DNA of 64,000 nucleotides, from assembly GCA_963674945.2 (NCBI GenBank), contig CAXXWQ010000003.1, positions 1,024,001 through 1,088,000 on the forward strand, read 5' to 3'. This document shows, piece after piece, positions 53,177 to 62,077 of the stretch. Under the pieces are notes generated by a model. The model did not search any database. It had not been told where the DNA came from and saw only the letters and a list, made by a program, of their open reading frames with translations. This DNA comes from an uncultured Desulfosarcina sp. (lineage in GTDB: Bacteria > Desulfobacterota > Desulfobacteria > Desulfobacterales > Desulfosarcinaceae). Both the position numbers and the translations under genes were made by a program. The first letter of the stretch is position 1, and every line of letters begins with the position of its first letter.

Positions 53177-55044
53177 AAAAAGACAAATCAATTCAGCATT
53201 GGTGGATCATAGTCTGCGTAGTGCTGTTTCTTGTTGTGCTCGGCATTCTATGGACCCGGCAATCCGTTGTGGACGTTTCAGTGGCACCGGTCCAGCACCC
53301 CGCGTCGGATGGACACGGGACGGCTACGGCCGATGCATCCTTCGCGAGGTTGCAGTGGCGTGTTGGAACCGCCCAGCAGTACCAAGTGTATTTCGATGCC
53401 ACCATGCAAATGAACGCGGCCGGCACCGATGGAACGCAGGTCATTCGTGTCCGGATGACGTGCCTGTTGGAAATGCAAACATTGGAAGTCAGCGACAAAA
53501 ATGCATTGGCCGGCATGCGCTTGTCCGCCGTCGATTTACGGATCGGGGGCGTCGCCGACCCGCGTACCAACCAGGCACTGACGGAACCATTCCGTGTACA
53601 TTACGCCTTGGAAGGATTTCCCGAAACATTTGTGTTTCCGGCGGGTGTGACCGCCAAACATCGCGGCATGCTGGAAAACCTGGTCCGGACCTTCCAGGTG
53701 ACCATGGAAGACGAAGAGACCTGGGTCGCAAAGGAGTCGAATGCATCGGGCGCCTATGAGGCCACCTATCGGCGAGTGGCACCGCTTCGGGTAGAGAAGA
53801 ACAAAACGAACTATATCGGTTTGTCATCTGCAGCAATGGACCAAGTAGCCAGGACCACTTCCACGGAAAACTTTCAGATCGATCCGCAGCACGATTGGAT
53901 CGCTGCCATGACCGTCGACGAGACCCTGCGAACCGACGGTAATGGTGGCGTGGGAATGAAGATCACCAACCGGGCGAAGCTCACTTTGCAATCTGCGATA
54001 CACAACGTATCCCCTGATTCCTGGAATTTTGTTGCCGCGGCGCCGCCGCCGGAAGAAACCGAGGCGCCGAGGCCCATACCGACTATTTCAACGCAAGAAG
54101 CGCATCAGCAGATCCTGGAAGCGGTAACGGAACTGGATTTGGCCATGGAAGGCCGCATTGCATGGATCCATCGGTTGCAGGATCTGCTTCGTGTCGACGA
54201 TTCCCTTCCCCCCTTGCTGTTGGCGGAGATGAAGGCCCAGGACCTGAGCGATCGAACCAGGGCCGACCTCTATCTCGCATTGGAACTGGCCGGCACCGAA
54301 TCCGCCCAGACCGCTCTGGTTTCCGTGGTCGAAGATCCCGATTGGTCCACACAGGACGCCATGCGTGCCATTGTCGCGCTGGCCGGCGTGAACCGGCCCA
54401 GCGGTCAGACGGTAGCAGCCTTGTGGGATACGGTGGAGAACGTGCCGGCGAGTGAAGATCGACAGCAACTGGCGAGCACGGCGACGCTGGCCCTGGGAAG
54501 TCTCGGCAAGACCATGAACGCCGCGAATGACCCGGACTACCCGGAGCTTAGAGGACGGTTGCTTGATGGTGCGCGGACTGGCCTCGGGTCCGATTCTGCT
54601 GCCGAACAGCGAACGAACTATGTTCACGCCATCGGCAACACGGGCGACATCTCTTTGGCAAACAGCCTCATTCTCTTTCTGGATGACGAGACACCGTCTG
54701 TTCGGCGCGCTGCCGCATTGTCATTGGGACGGCTGGGAGCGGACCGGGTCGCCGATGAACTGATGTTTCGCATCGACTATGAGAAAAACAGCCAGGTTCG
54801 CGGTGCGATTGCCGAATCGCTGGTCAATTGGAAGACGCCATCGGTATCCGCCATGGCGTCGATACGTAACCAGATTCGCACGGAGCCCGATGAGCACACC
54901 CGCTACAGCATGGCCCGCTTTCTCGGTGCCAACCTGAACGAATTTCCGGAAAACAGGGCTGTCCTGGAGGATCTGATGCGAACGGAACCATCGAAGCGAA
55001 TCCGCCGGCGTGTTGCGGAAACACTGGCAACGGCTTCAAGATAG
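53173..55044 (+). CDS. Membrane-anchored vitellogenin-N/MTP-like protein with HEAT-type repeats
   Basis: N-terminal TM, beta domain, helical repeats (LELAGTESAQ, LALGSL, HAIGNTG, VRRAAALSLG); 4-nt overlap with the upstream gene. Confidence 0.75.
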   Translation: MKKDKSIQHWWIIVCVVLFLVVLGILWTRQSVVDVSVAPVQHPASDGHGTATADASFARLQWRVGTAQQYQVYFDATMQMNAAGTDGTQVIRVRMTCLLEMQTLEVSDKNALAGMRLSAVDLRIGGVADPRTNQALTEPFRVHYALEGFPETFVFPAGVTAKHRGMLENLVRTFQVTMEDEETWVAKESNASGAYEATYRRVAPLRVEKNKTNYIGLSSAAMDQVARTTSTENFQIDPQHDWIAAMTVDETLRTDGNGGVGMKITNRAKLTLQSAIHNVSPDSWNFVAAAPPPEETEAPRPIPTISTQEAHQQILEAVTELDLAMEGRIAWIHRLQDLLRVDDSLPPLLLAEMKAQDLSDRTRADLYLALELAGTESAQTALVSVVEDPDWSTQDAMRAIVALAGVNRPSGQTVAALWDTVENVPASEDRQQLASTATLALGSLGKTMNAANDPDYPELRGRLLDGARTGLGSDSAAEQRTNYVHAIGNTGDISLANSLILFLDDETPSVRRAAALSLGRLGADRVADELMFRIDYEKNSQVRGAIAESLVNWKTPSVSAMASIRNQIRTEPDEHTRYSMARFLGANLNEFPENRAVLEDLMRTEPSKRIRRRVAETLATASR

Positions 55045-55335
55045 TACTCAGATGCTACGCTTGCCGGATTTTGTGGGAATGCCATTCTCAAGGAAAAGGC
55101 CGTATCGATAAAAGTGAAGCGTAAAAAAAGGCAAGCTTGCGGAAAAATGAGCATAACGCACAGTAACGATTTTTTAATCTGCAAAGCGGAACGAAAAATA
55201 GAGTGAAGAAAGTTTGACTTTGGCCAACCATTATTCCGATGCAAATAGATCAACCTAATTGAAAGAAATGCAGGTCCGCTACGACGATGGCATAACAGCA
55301 AAGAAGCCATCATCGATGCAAGTGAGCTATTATTG

Positions 55336-55857
55336 TCATTTTTCTGGAATTCCCGCCTTGTGATACGCTTCAAGAAGGCGATTTTTTTGTTCTATATTAT
55401 TAATATCCAATTCTTCAATTCGCGCCGTCGAATAAGTTGGTTTAATCCGCAAAACTTCAGCGGCAGCTTCACGTGCTTTTTTCTCATTACCCAACAACTG
55501 ATATGTACACGTTAATCCCGAATAGGCAAAGAGATAATCCGGGTTGCGTTCTATGGCCTTATTCCACAATGGGATTGCCTTTTCATATTGGCCGGACAAC
55601 GCATAGGACCAAGCCAGATTGTTCAAATAATTGACCGGTGTGATGGGATTGAGGCGGATAGCCTTTTCCAAAAGGGGGATCGCTTCATCATAGCGTCCCG
55701 CAAACCTAAGCACCAATCCATAAAAGAAAATGGAACTTGCAGAGTTCGGGCTTAATTCGACAGATTTCTGCATCTCGACAATGGCATTTTCGTATTGTTT
55801 CCTTAGCATAAATACGCAGCCAAGCAATCGATGTGAAGTGGGATCTTGACCAGACAA
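55336..55857 (-). pseudogene. 5'-truncated TPR protein (C-terminus typical of adenylate cyclase-TolB-TPR proteins)
   Basis: TPRs ending LLEAYHKAGIPEK; no credible start or SD. Confidence 0.6.
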
Positions 55858-55981
55858 GTCTGCAAAAATGCATCAGCGTGACATTTGGACTCAAGACGCG
55901 CACCTTAAAAATCTACCAAGAGTAAAATATTTTTCAAAAACACCCTCATACCAACTTCAGTCCCCAGCAGACCGCCAATAG

Positions 55982-56051
55982 AGGAATCGGTATTCTATTG
56001 GTAGAATACCGGCAGGTGACACATATTTTGTTCCGGTGGCACCCCCCTTCA
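55982..56051. repeat. Structured direct repeat copy 1
   Basis: Matches 57721-57787; hairpin CGGTATTCTA-TTGG-TAGAATACCG. Confidence 0.8.
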
Positions 56052-56234
56052 GTGAAAGGGGTCAAGTCTGCTCTTAACTCATATAGAGATTGTGGAGTGA
56101 ATCTGCTCTCAATAGTCTTTATACTGCACAAGCTGAAATTATCTGTTTGTATCCCTACGATGGATGTTATCAAGACGTCTGTAGAATATCAATGTTGGGG
56201 CTGACGAAATCAGAGGGCACATCCAGCTATTTGA

Positions 56235-56549
56235 TCATGCGGCATTCAAAGGTTGGATTTGTGATAGTTCTTTACTATATCGTTGTTCTGAGTCCCAAAG
56301 GTCCCATGAATGTTGCACATTCAACCAGAATTCGGGTGAATTTCCAAAAAGGCGTGACAATCTGAGCGCCATAGCAGGGCTGATAGCTCGTCGTTCTCTT
56401 AAAATTTCATTTATTGTCTGGCGTGATACGCCCAAAGCGTTTGCCATGGAGGCCGTGTTAAGATCATAGTCCGGCATGAAATCCTCTCTGAGCATTTCAC
56501 CGGGATGAGTCGGTTTGATTTCTCGCTTTGTTGTATTAGGGATCGCCAT
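56235..56549 (-). CDS. higA: HigA antitoxin
   Basis: PTHPGEMLREDF, GVSRQTINE, MALRLSRLFGNSPEFWLN-x-Q. Confidence 0.95.
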   Translation of the reverse strand: MAIPNTTKREIKPTHPGEMLREDFMPDYDLNTASMANALGVSRQTINEILRERRAISPAMALRLSRLFGNSPEFWLNVQHSWDLWDSEQRYSKELSQIQPLNAA

Positions 56550-56560
56550 TTTTTCAATCC

Positions 56561-56712
56561 TTAAGGGTAATCGGTTATCTCAACATCGTAGGCATCACCT
56601 TCGATAAAACGGAAACAAATTCGCCACTGGTCATTTATCGATAAGGGATACGTTTTGATTTGCCAGTAATAAATAATCTTTGTGTTTCTTTATCGGCAAA
56701 TGTTCTTATCAA
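56561..56712 (-). pseudogene. higB: HigB toxin with internal deletion and frameshift
   Basis: N-part LIRTFADKETQRLFITGKSKRIP joined out of frame to C-part SINDQWRICFRFIEGDAYDVEITDY. Confidence 0.85.
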
Positions 56713-56779
56713 AAGCCAGCTGAAAACAATCACGTGACAGTTGTCAAGTGACAAAGTAGTATCATGTTTAACGGGCTTG

Positions 56780-56837
56780 TCCCAACAATCGGCTGTTTCC
56801 GAACTCGCTTTGCTCGCCGCAAAGCCGCACGTTCCAG
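56780..56837 (+). other. attC-like recombination site (58 bp)
   Basis: TCCCAAC...GTTCCAG with inner imperfect palindrome; inner 44 nt differ at 3 positions from 60714-60771. Confidence 0.7.
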
Positions 56838-57013
56838 CAAAGTTACTATATTGAATAAGTAACACCTTTTCAAATTTCTGATTTTAAAATTTCCAGCACC
56901 CAGCCGCCGAAATCGTTCACAACAAATACCATCACTGTAATGACCGGGCACCGTCGATCCGCAAGCTTGTGTGTCGGCTGTTGCAAGGGGCTTGGCTTGG
57001 TCCGTCACCAAAT

Positions 57014-57044
57014 AAAAAGGCCGACTGCTGACAGCAGCCGGCCT
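57014..57044 (-). terminator. Rho-independent terminator of the TPR gene
   Basis: Minus strand AGGCCGGCTGCTG-T-CAGCAGTCGGCCT followed by a T run. Confidence 0.75.
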
Positions 57045-57069
57045 AACTTTTTGATCTACTGTTTTTTAT

Positions 57070-57582
57070 TTACCGCTCCAGTTCCGTTTCCAGCGCATCC
57101 TCCACATGCATGTGCTGGGTCTGCCAGATGTTGTTCTCGTTCATGTAGGACTCCAGATTCTTGTTGCCCAGATGTGCCACCATTTGAGCGTCCGCCTGCG
57201 CTTCTTCCGAATTCTCCATATTGGTGTGCAATGTCGCCCGGCTGTAATAAGCGGCACCATATTCCGGATCCAGCTCGATGGCCCGATCGAAATCGGACAG
57301 GGCACGACCATATTCTCCCCGCTTCTCTTCCACCAGCCCGCGCATATGAAAGGCACGTGCATGGTCCGGGACGATGGCGATGGCACGATCGAAATCCGCC
57401 CAAGCCTGGTCCAGAAGATTCAATTTGAGATACGCCGCCCCGCGGCTGAGGTACGCTGTTATGTTATGGGCGTCATTTTCCAAAACGTGTGAAAAATGAA
57501 CGATACTTTCGCCGTAATGGGATCGGGCAAATTCGCGCATTCCCAATTCCATGAAATCGTTTACAATAGAATTGTCTGCCAT
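57070..57582 (-). CDS. TPR repeat protein
   Basis: SD AAGGAGG before ATG 57582; TPRs AYLSRGAAY, AFHMRG, AYYSRA. Confidence 0.88.
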   Translation of the reverse strand: MADNSIVNDFMELGMREFARSHYGESIVHFSHVLENDAHNITAYLSRGAAYLKLNLLDQAWADFDRAIAIVPDHARAFHMRGLVEEKRGEYGRALSDFDRAIELDPEYGAAYYSRATLHTNMENSEEAQADAQMVAHLGNKNLESYMNENNIWQTQHMHVEDALETELER

Positions 57583-57720
57583 GTTCTTACCCTCCTTTTC
57601 CGTTCGCCGAAGATGGTCCTGGTAAAAGCCGTAAAATCTGAATTCGACGATGGACAGTGTTTTTCGCTCTGGTCTTAAAGTTAAGAATTCAATGGAAATT
57701 TTCAACTGCCGGCACCATGA

Positions 57721-57787
57721 AGGAATCGGTAGTCTATTGGTAGGATACCGGCAGGTGACACATATTTGGTTCTTGTGCCCCCCTTCA
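57721..57787. repeat. Structured direct repeat copy 2
   Basis: Matches 55982-56051. Confidence 0.8.
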
Positions 57788-57981
57788 TAACCCGCAACGA
57801 TTCGAAGGGATAGAATTTCCAAATCACTGTAGCTTCGTATATTGAAGAACGCCATGGAACCTTCTTCATTTTCGCTGAAAATTTTGTTGGTTGGATATCT
57901 CCAAATTGAGTATATCCTAAAAACCAAATGTGGAAAGTTTGGCCGATTACCCCACCCTCAATCGCAGCATTTTACACCATC

Positions 57982-58052
57982 TGACCCGCGGTCAATTATT
58001 TCTTGACAGATGACTTGCGGTCAACTACCGTCTAATAAATGACCCAAGGTCA
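57982..58052 (+). promoter_or_regulatory. Sigma70 promoter overlaid by three palindromic operators
   Basis: TGAC(C/T)-N3-GGTCA at 57982, 58011, 58040 (29-bp period); TTGACA-17-TACCGT at 58003-58031. Confidence 0.75.
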
Positions 58053-58194
58053 ATTAAGTATCGGCTTGGGGGCTGAAAACACCAGTTATTGGGAGTAATA
58101 CCCAACAATTTCCTTTTATTGGCGACCCTATCTGACTCTCGGCTCGTTGGCCTTCAGTTTTTTATAGAGAACTCATTTTTTATTTATTCAAACT

Positions 58195-59692
58195 CAATGT
58201 CGTTAACTTAACCGATCGGCTTGTACTGAGGAAAATATATGCGCGGTTTCGCTTTGTGTTTGCGCGGATATTTTCTCCCCGGCCTAATCGGTTCAACGGT
58301 TCTTTGAAAAATATATTGCAAATCGGCGATCAATCGTTTGATCATCCTTTTCGTATCGAGAAACAGCAAGACGATCACACCTTTACTTTTTGACAGCGCC
58401 TGGGTGAAATTGATCTGGTATCGGTGTTTTTTATCCACAATGTCATTGTCCATCTGGTCTTGGACAGGAAAAGCCATCATCCAGACCAGGTTTTTGGCGA
58501 AAATCTTTGCGTGAAAGTCTTGATACACAGACAGCGCAGATTGGCCAGAAAAGTTTTCCAGTTCCATCCGGCATTTGATGATTTTGTAATCCTCTTCCAC
58601 TGGCCATCTTTTGTGGTAAAGATCGCTAAACAGTTCGATTGGATATGTTCCCTTGTCAATCAGCGAAGTCATTAGCACGGCAACCTTCCCATCGTTTTCA
58701 ATGCGGATCAGACGAAGTTTTAAAGGGGTTGTGTCCAACCCCATCTGTTTGCATTGGGAAACGGAGGTAGGATGAACAGGCACGGTAACAATCTTTTCCG
58801 ATAGCCCGGAATGAAAAAACTTACGAACGACTTTCCATTTCGTACAAGACACGCGGGCACAGAAGTTGGCCTCCATGGAAAGGATCAGGTTAAAAAGCCA
58901 CCATGCCGGGTACCCCCTATCGAGAAGGATCAAATCCTTGGGCATGACGTTTAGCATGTGTTGCGCCGCCAGTTCGCGTTCACCGATACGTTTGGGCTTG
59001 ATAAGGGCATCGACGGTCATTTTGTTGAGGACATCGAAAAGCTGAGAAACCCTTGCCATGGGAGATGGCGCACCCTGACGAACGTTCCAAACGCCAAAAT
59101 GCTGGGCGACATCATCCGTCACCGGCAATTTTGTTGTAGAACCGTCAATGGCCAGCAACCGGAACCCGAACCACAACTTGGGACGAAAATGCTTTTCAAA
59201 ATAGATGATTAACTGTAAATTCAATTCAACAAAGGCTTCATACTTGAGCTTCATTCGCGCTTTTGTTAAAGCTGCTTTCGATACGACCCGTCTTGCCACA
59301 TCGAAGCGGCATAATGTCTTGAAGAATCTATCCAGTTCGTCCTGGTATGAACCTTTGACAAGGTTGATGAGAAAAACGATCAAGACATGAAACGGAAGTT
59401 TTCTATTCCGTGTGAAATCGTTCTTGTTTTTTCTGTGGCGAGCGATGAAGTCAGGAGAGGAGATAATTTCTCTTATAAATTCAATTGTTTTGGCACATAC
59501 ATTGAAAATCAGGTTTCGTGCCAAAGTTACCAAATTTCTCGCTAATTTTCGACATGGTATGCTCCTTTTGATTATATAACTGGCTGTTATTATTGAAAGT
59601 GAGTATACCATGTCGATCCACCTAATACAACATAATTTGCAATATATTTGATATGTTATGCCGTTTAACTGCTTCTTAAGTTAATGGCATTG
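58195..59692 (-). mobile_element. IS4 family insertion sequence (1498 bp)
   Basis: 17-bp TIRs CAATGTCGTTAACTTAA and CAATGCCATTAACTTAA; 10-bp duplication TATTCAAACT at 58185-58194 and 59693-59702. Confidence 0.95.
58208..59611 (-). CDS. IS4 family DDE transposase (start uncertain)
   Basis: AIDGS, DRGY, Y-x2-R-x3-E-x6-K (YHKRWPVEEDYKIIK). Confidence 0.92.
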   Translation of the reverse strand: MVYSLSIITASYIIKRSIPCRKLARNLVTLARNLIFNVCAKTIEFIREIISSPDFIARHRKNKNDFTRNRKLPFHVLIVFLINLVKGSYQDELDRFFKTLCRFDVARRVVSKAALTKARMKLKYEAFVELNLQLIIYFEKHFRPKLWFGFRLLAIDGSTTKLPVTDDVAQHFGVWNVRQGAPSPMARVSQLFDVLNKMTVDALIKPKRIGERELAAQHMLNVMPKDLILLDRGYPAWWLFNLILSMEANFCARVSCTKWKVVRKFFHSGLSEKIVTVPVHPTSVSQCKQMGLDTTPLKLRLIRIENDGKVAVLMTSLIDKGTYPIELFSDLYHKRWPVEEDYKIIKCRMELENFSGQSALSVYQDFHAKIFAKNLVWMMAFPVQDQMDNDIVDKKHRYQINFTQALSKSKGVIVLLFLDTKRMIKRLIADLQYIFQRTVEPIRPGRKYPRKHKAKPRIYFPQYKPIG

Positions 59693-59752
59693 TATTCAAA
59701 CTGGTATCCCTAAAAAGGATAGCAGTTTTAAAATCTAAAAAAGGAGGGAAAA

Positions 59753-60478
59753 ATGGCTGCAAACAATCAATTTGGATTGAAAGATTTAATAACCATGTTG
59801 AAAGAATCAAAGGTGGCAAAAAAGTTTGTACCAGTCATTGATAACCACAAAATTGTTGCAGAAAAAACTGCTTTATTGGTGCTTGACATGAACTATGTTT
59901 GCGCACATCGGGACTATGGGGTTGGCCCTCAATTATGGAGTTCCATTGGCGTGTCTGATTATTATTATGATCGAATAGACAATGATGTAATACCGAATAT
60001 TCAGAAGCTGTTGTTTCTTTTCAGGAAAAACAATCTAAAAATTGTTTTCACTACAATGGGTTGTGAGCAGGAAGACATGTCTGATTTACCGGAAACCTGG
60101 CGTAAAATTTATAAAATGATCGGTTATAACGCAAGCAGACCCGGAACAAAAGAGTTTGAAATCAGAGATGAAGTGAAACCATTGGAGAGTGAACCCGTTT
60201 TGCTGAAAAAAACTTTCGGAGCGTTTTCCAATTGTGACCTGCATGGAACATTGCAAAAAATGGGCGTTGACACGCTGATCATAGTTGGTGTTGAAACCGA
60301 TTGCTGTCTATATATAACCGCAATTGAAGCCAATGATAGGGGCTATAAGGTCATAGTACCCGATGACGCATGCACAACATTAGGACTCACAGGGCATAAA
60401 ATGGCACTGTATACATATGGTAGACTATTCTTTTTCAATGTTAAAACAACCGATGAACTTCTTGAGAAAATGCTCTAA
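59753..60478 (+). CDS. Isochorismatase/cysteine hydrolase family protein
   Basis: ALLVLDM, KKTFGAF, GVETDCC, DAC; SD AAGGAGG. Confidence 0.9.
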   Translation: MAANNQFGLKDLITMLKESKVAKKFVPVIDNHKIVAEKTALLVLDMNYVCAHRDYGVGPQLWSSIGVSDYYYDRIDNDVIPNIQKLLFLFRKNNLKIVFTTMGCEQEDMSDLPETWRKIYKMIGYNASRPGTKEFEIRDEVKPLESEPVLLKKTFGAFSNCDLHGTLQKMGVDTLIIVGVETDCCLYITAIEANDRGYKVIVPDDACTTLGLTGHKMALYTYGRLFFFNVKTTDELLEKML

Positions 60479-60713
60479 AGAAAAGACCCAACAGATTATT
60501 ATCACAAGATTTATTGGCACCAGTACGTATCTGGCATATCTATTTTAATATCAAGTATAAAGATAGTAGGGATTATCCCAAGCTCCATAGACAGGCAAAG
60601 AATTGATAATAACGAATTGAAAAATTAACTGATATCAACTGACCCTAACAATTTGACAGGAGCAACTTAGCCCCCGTAGCTACGTAACTTAAAATTTTAA
60701 GACTGGTGGTTGG

Positions 60714-60771
60714 CGGTAACGTGCGGCTTTGCGGCGAGCAAAGCGAGTCCGCCAACAGCCGATTGTTAGCC
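60714..60771 (-). other. attC-like recombination site (58 bp)
   Basis: Minus strand GGCTAAC...GTTACCG; the TAA of the upstream ORF lies within the inverse core. Confidence 0.75.
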
Positions 60772-61239
60772 AACTTTCATTTTATGAGCAACTTCAAGCA
60801 TATCTGATAAGTATTTACCTCTATCAGATGGACTATATTTTACTTTTTGTAATTTTTCCTTATCTTGATCAGGCATGCGATCGAAAAGGTGGATGTTATG
60901 CATCATAAACCACCCGCGATAGATTCTCAAAATTGGTGAAATTTCACCAGTCAGGCGCTGATATATTCCAACAGCTTCTCATAGTAACAATTCCGTTTGC
61001 TTTGGCCTAAATTTATACGTCTGATCTGGGTCTCTATCAGCATGTTTGAAGAAATTCTCTGCCTCATTCATTGATTTTATAAAGTCCTTCTTTTTTTCAG
61101 GCTTTATCAAATTTTCTACAAGCCACTCTTTTACAAAAACTGGATCATTTCCACGACCCTTATTAATGTCTCGAAGCACATTATAGGCTGCTGCTGTGAG
61201 AGTATGAATAGATACTGGGTCACTAAAATTAAAATATAG
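60766..61239 (-). pseudogene. Cassette-borne hypothetical gene, 5'-truncated with internal stop
   Basis: Frame DPVSIHTLTAAAYNVLRD...NFFKHADRDPD...ELLL*EAVG...KMKVG*; TGA at 60979-60981; AT-rich. Confidence 0.7.
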
Positions 61240-61368
61240 GGAATACCATCAATGACCAGCCCTCTGATAGCGGTTCTGGCGGCGGCTTTTTCATCAACAG
61301 CTTTTTTTAAAGGTCGTTTGGCTATCTTTGTTCTGGAAAAGCTTTTTACGAAGCCGTCGAGTTTGCCT

Positions 61369-61677
61369 TCAATCTTTCTTCACCTTACCACCGGCTTCCC
61401 GAAACCGGTCGCTGATCGTCCCGGTGAGCTGTGCCGCGGATTCGAGAAGCACCGCAACATCTTCCTGCCCGTTTTCCCGGGCCGCCTGTGCCCATTTCTG
61501 ATAATCCTCGGCATGGTGATCGTTGTGGTCGATCCAGTGATCCAGAAGTTTGGTCAGCTTTTCAGAAAAGCTCATGGTTGAATGGCCGTGGGCGTGTCCG
61601 TGGTGGTGGTGAGAATGGTCATGATCGTGGTCGTGATGATGATCGTGATTGTGGTCATGGTCGTGGTGATGAGACAT
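61369..61677 (-). CDS. His-rich putative Ni/Co-binding protein
   Basis: HD/H-rich N-terminus, then KLLDHWIDHNDHHAEDYQKWA helical domain; SD GGAGG. Confidence 0.8.
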   Translation of the reverse strand: MSHHHDHDHNHDHHHDHDHDHSHHHHGHAHGHSTMSFSEKLTKLLDHWIDHNDHHAEDYQKWAQAARENGQEDVAVLLESAAQLTGTISDRFREAGGKVKKD

Positions 61678-62077
61678 AAGGGCCTCCGAATCTTCGATTT
61701 ATTAAATGGGAGCTATCGTGTGGGTTCATACATCAATCCCTTGATCCGTGCAACACGAGACGAAAATTTCATCGGGATTACAGCCTCTGTGATCTAACGG
61801 ATATACAAGGCAATTGAGGGATCAAGGTCGATGGAGGAGGAATGAAAAGGCAAGTCCTGTCTCGTCCCTCGTTCCGCATCCTTCGTCCATCCTTCTCAAC
61901 CCCTCAGATTGATGGCAAATTAGGAGGCAATCAAAAACAGCGAGGCCAAAAAGCAATCACCAGAGGAATCGCTTGCCTCCAACGGCCAGGAAGGCTAAAA
62001 ACAATAGCTACGACCGAAAGGAATTCGAAAGGACACTTCGAAGGCCATGTAATGGAACATCAGATGTCGAAAATACC

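Larger units (their letters stand above)
56195..56831 (+). mobile_element. Integron-like gene cassette carrying higBA in inverse orientation
   Basis: Begins G|TTGGGGC at 56194; ends in an attC whose inverse core GTCCCAAC is near-complementary to it. Confidence 0.65.

Noticed and set aside
57721..57800. Possible group II intron 3' end (minus strand ...CCTACCAAT)
   Set aside because: No recognisable domain V with catalytic triad and no reverse transcriptase nearby
57583..57927. N-terminal extension of the TPR ORF in the track
   Set aside because: A strong SD sits before ATG 57582 and the extension runs through a non-coding repeat
57982..58052. Regularly spaced repeats as a mini-CRISPR array
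   Set aside because: 13-bp palindromes with 16-bp gaps, no cas genes, and they overlap a promoter; operators fit better
60979..60981. In-frame TGA as selenocysteine or readthrough
   Set aside because: Context LLL*EA fits a Trp TGG-to-TGA mutation, the gene is also 5'-truncated, and no SECIS-like hairpin is evident
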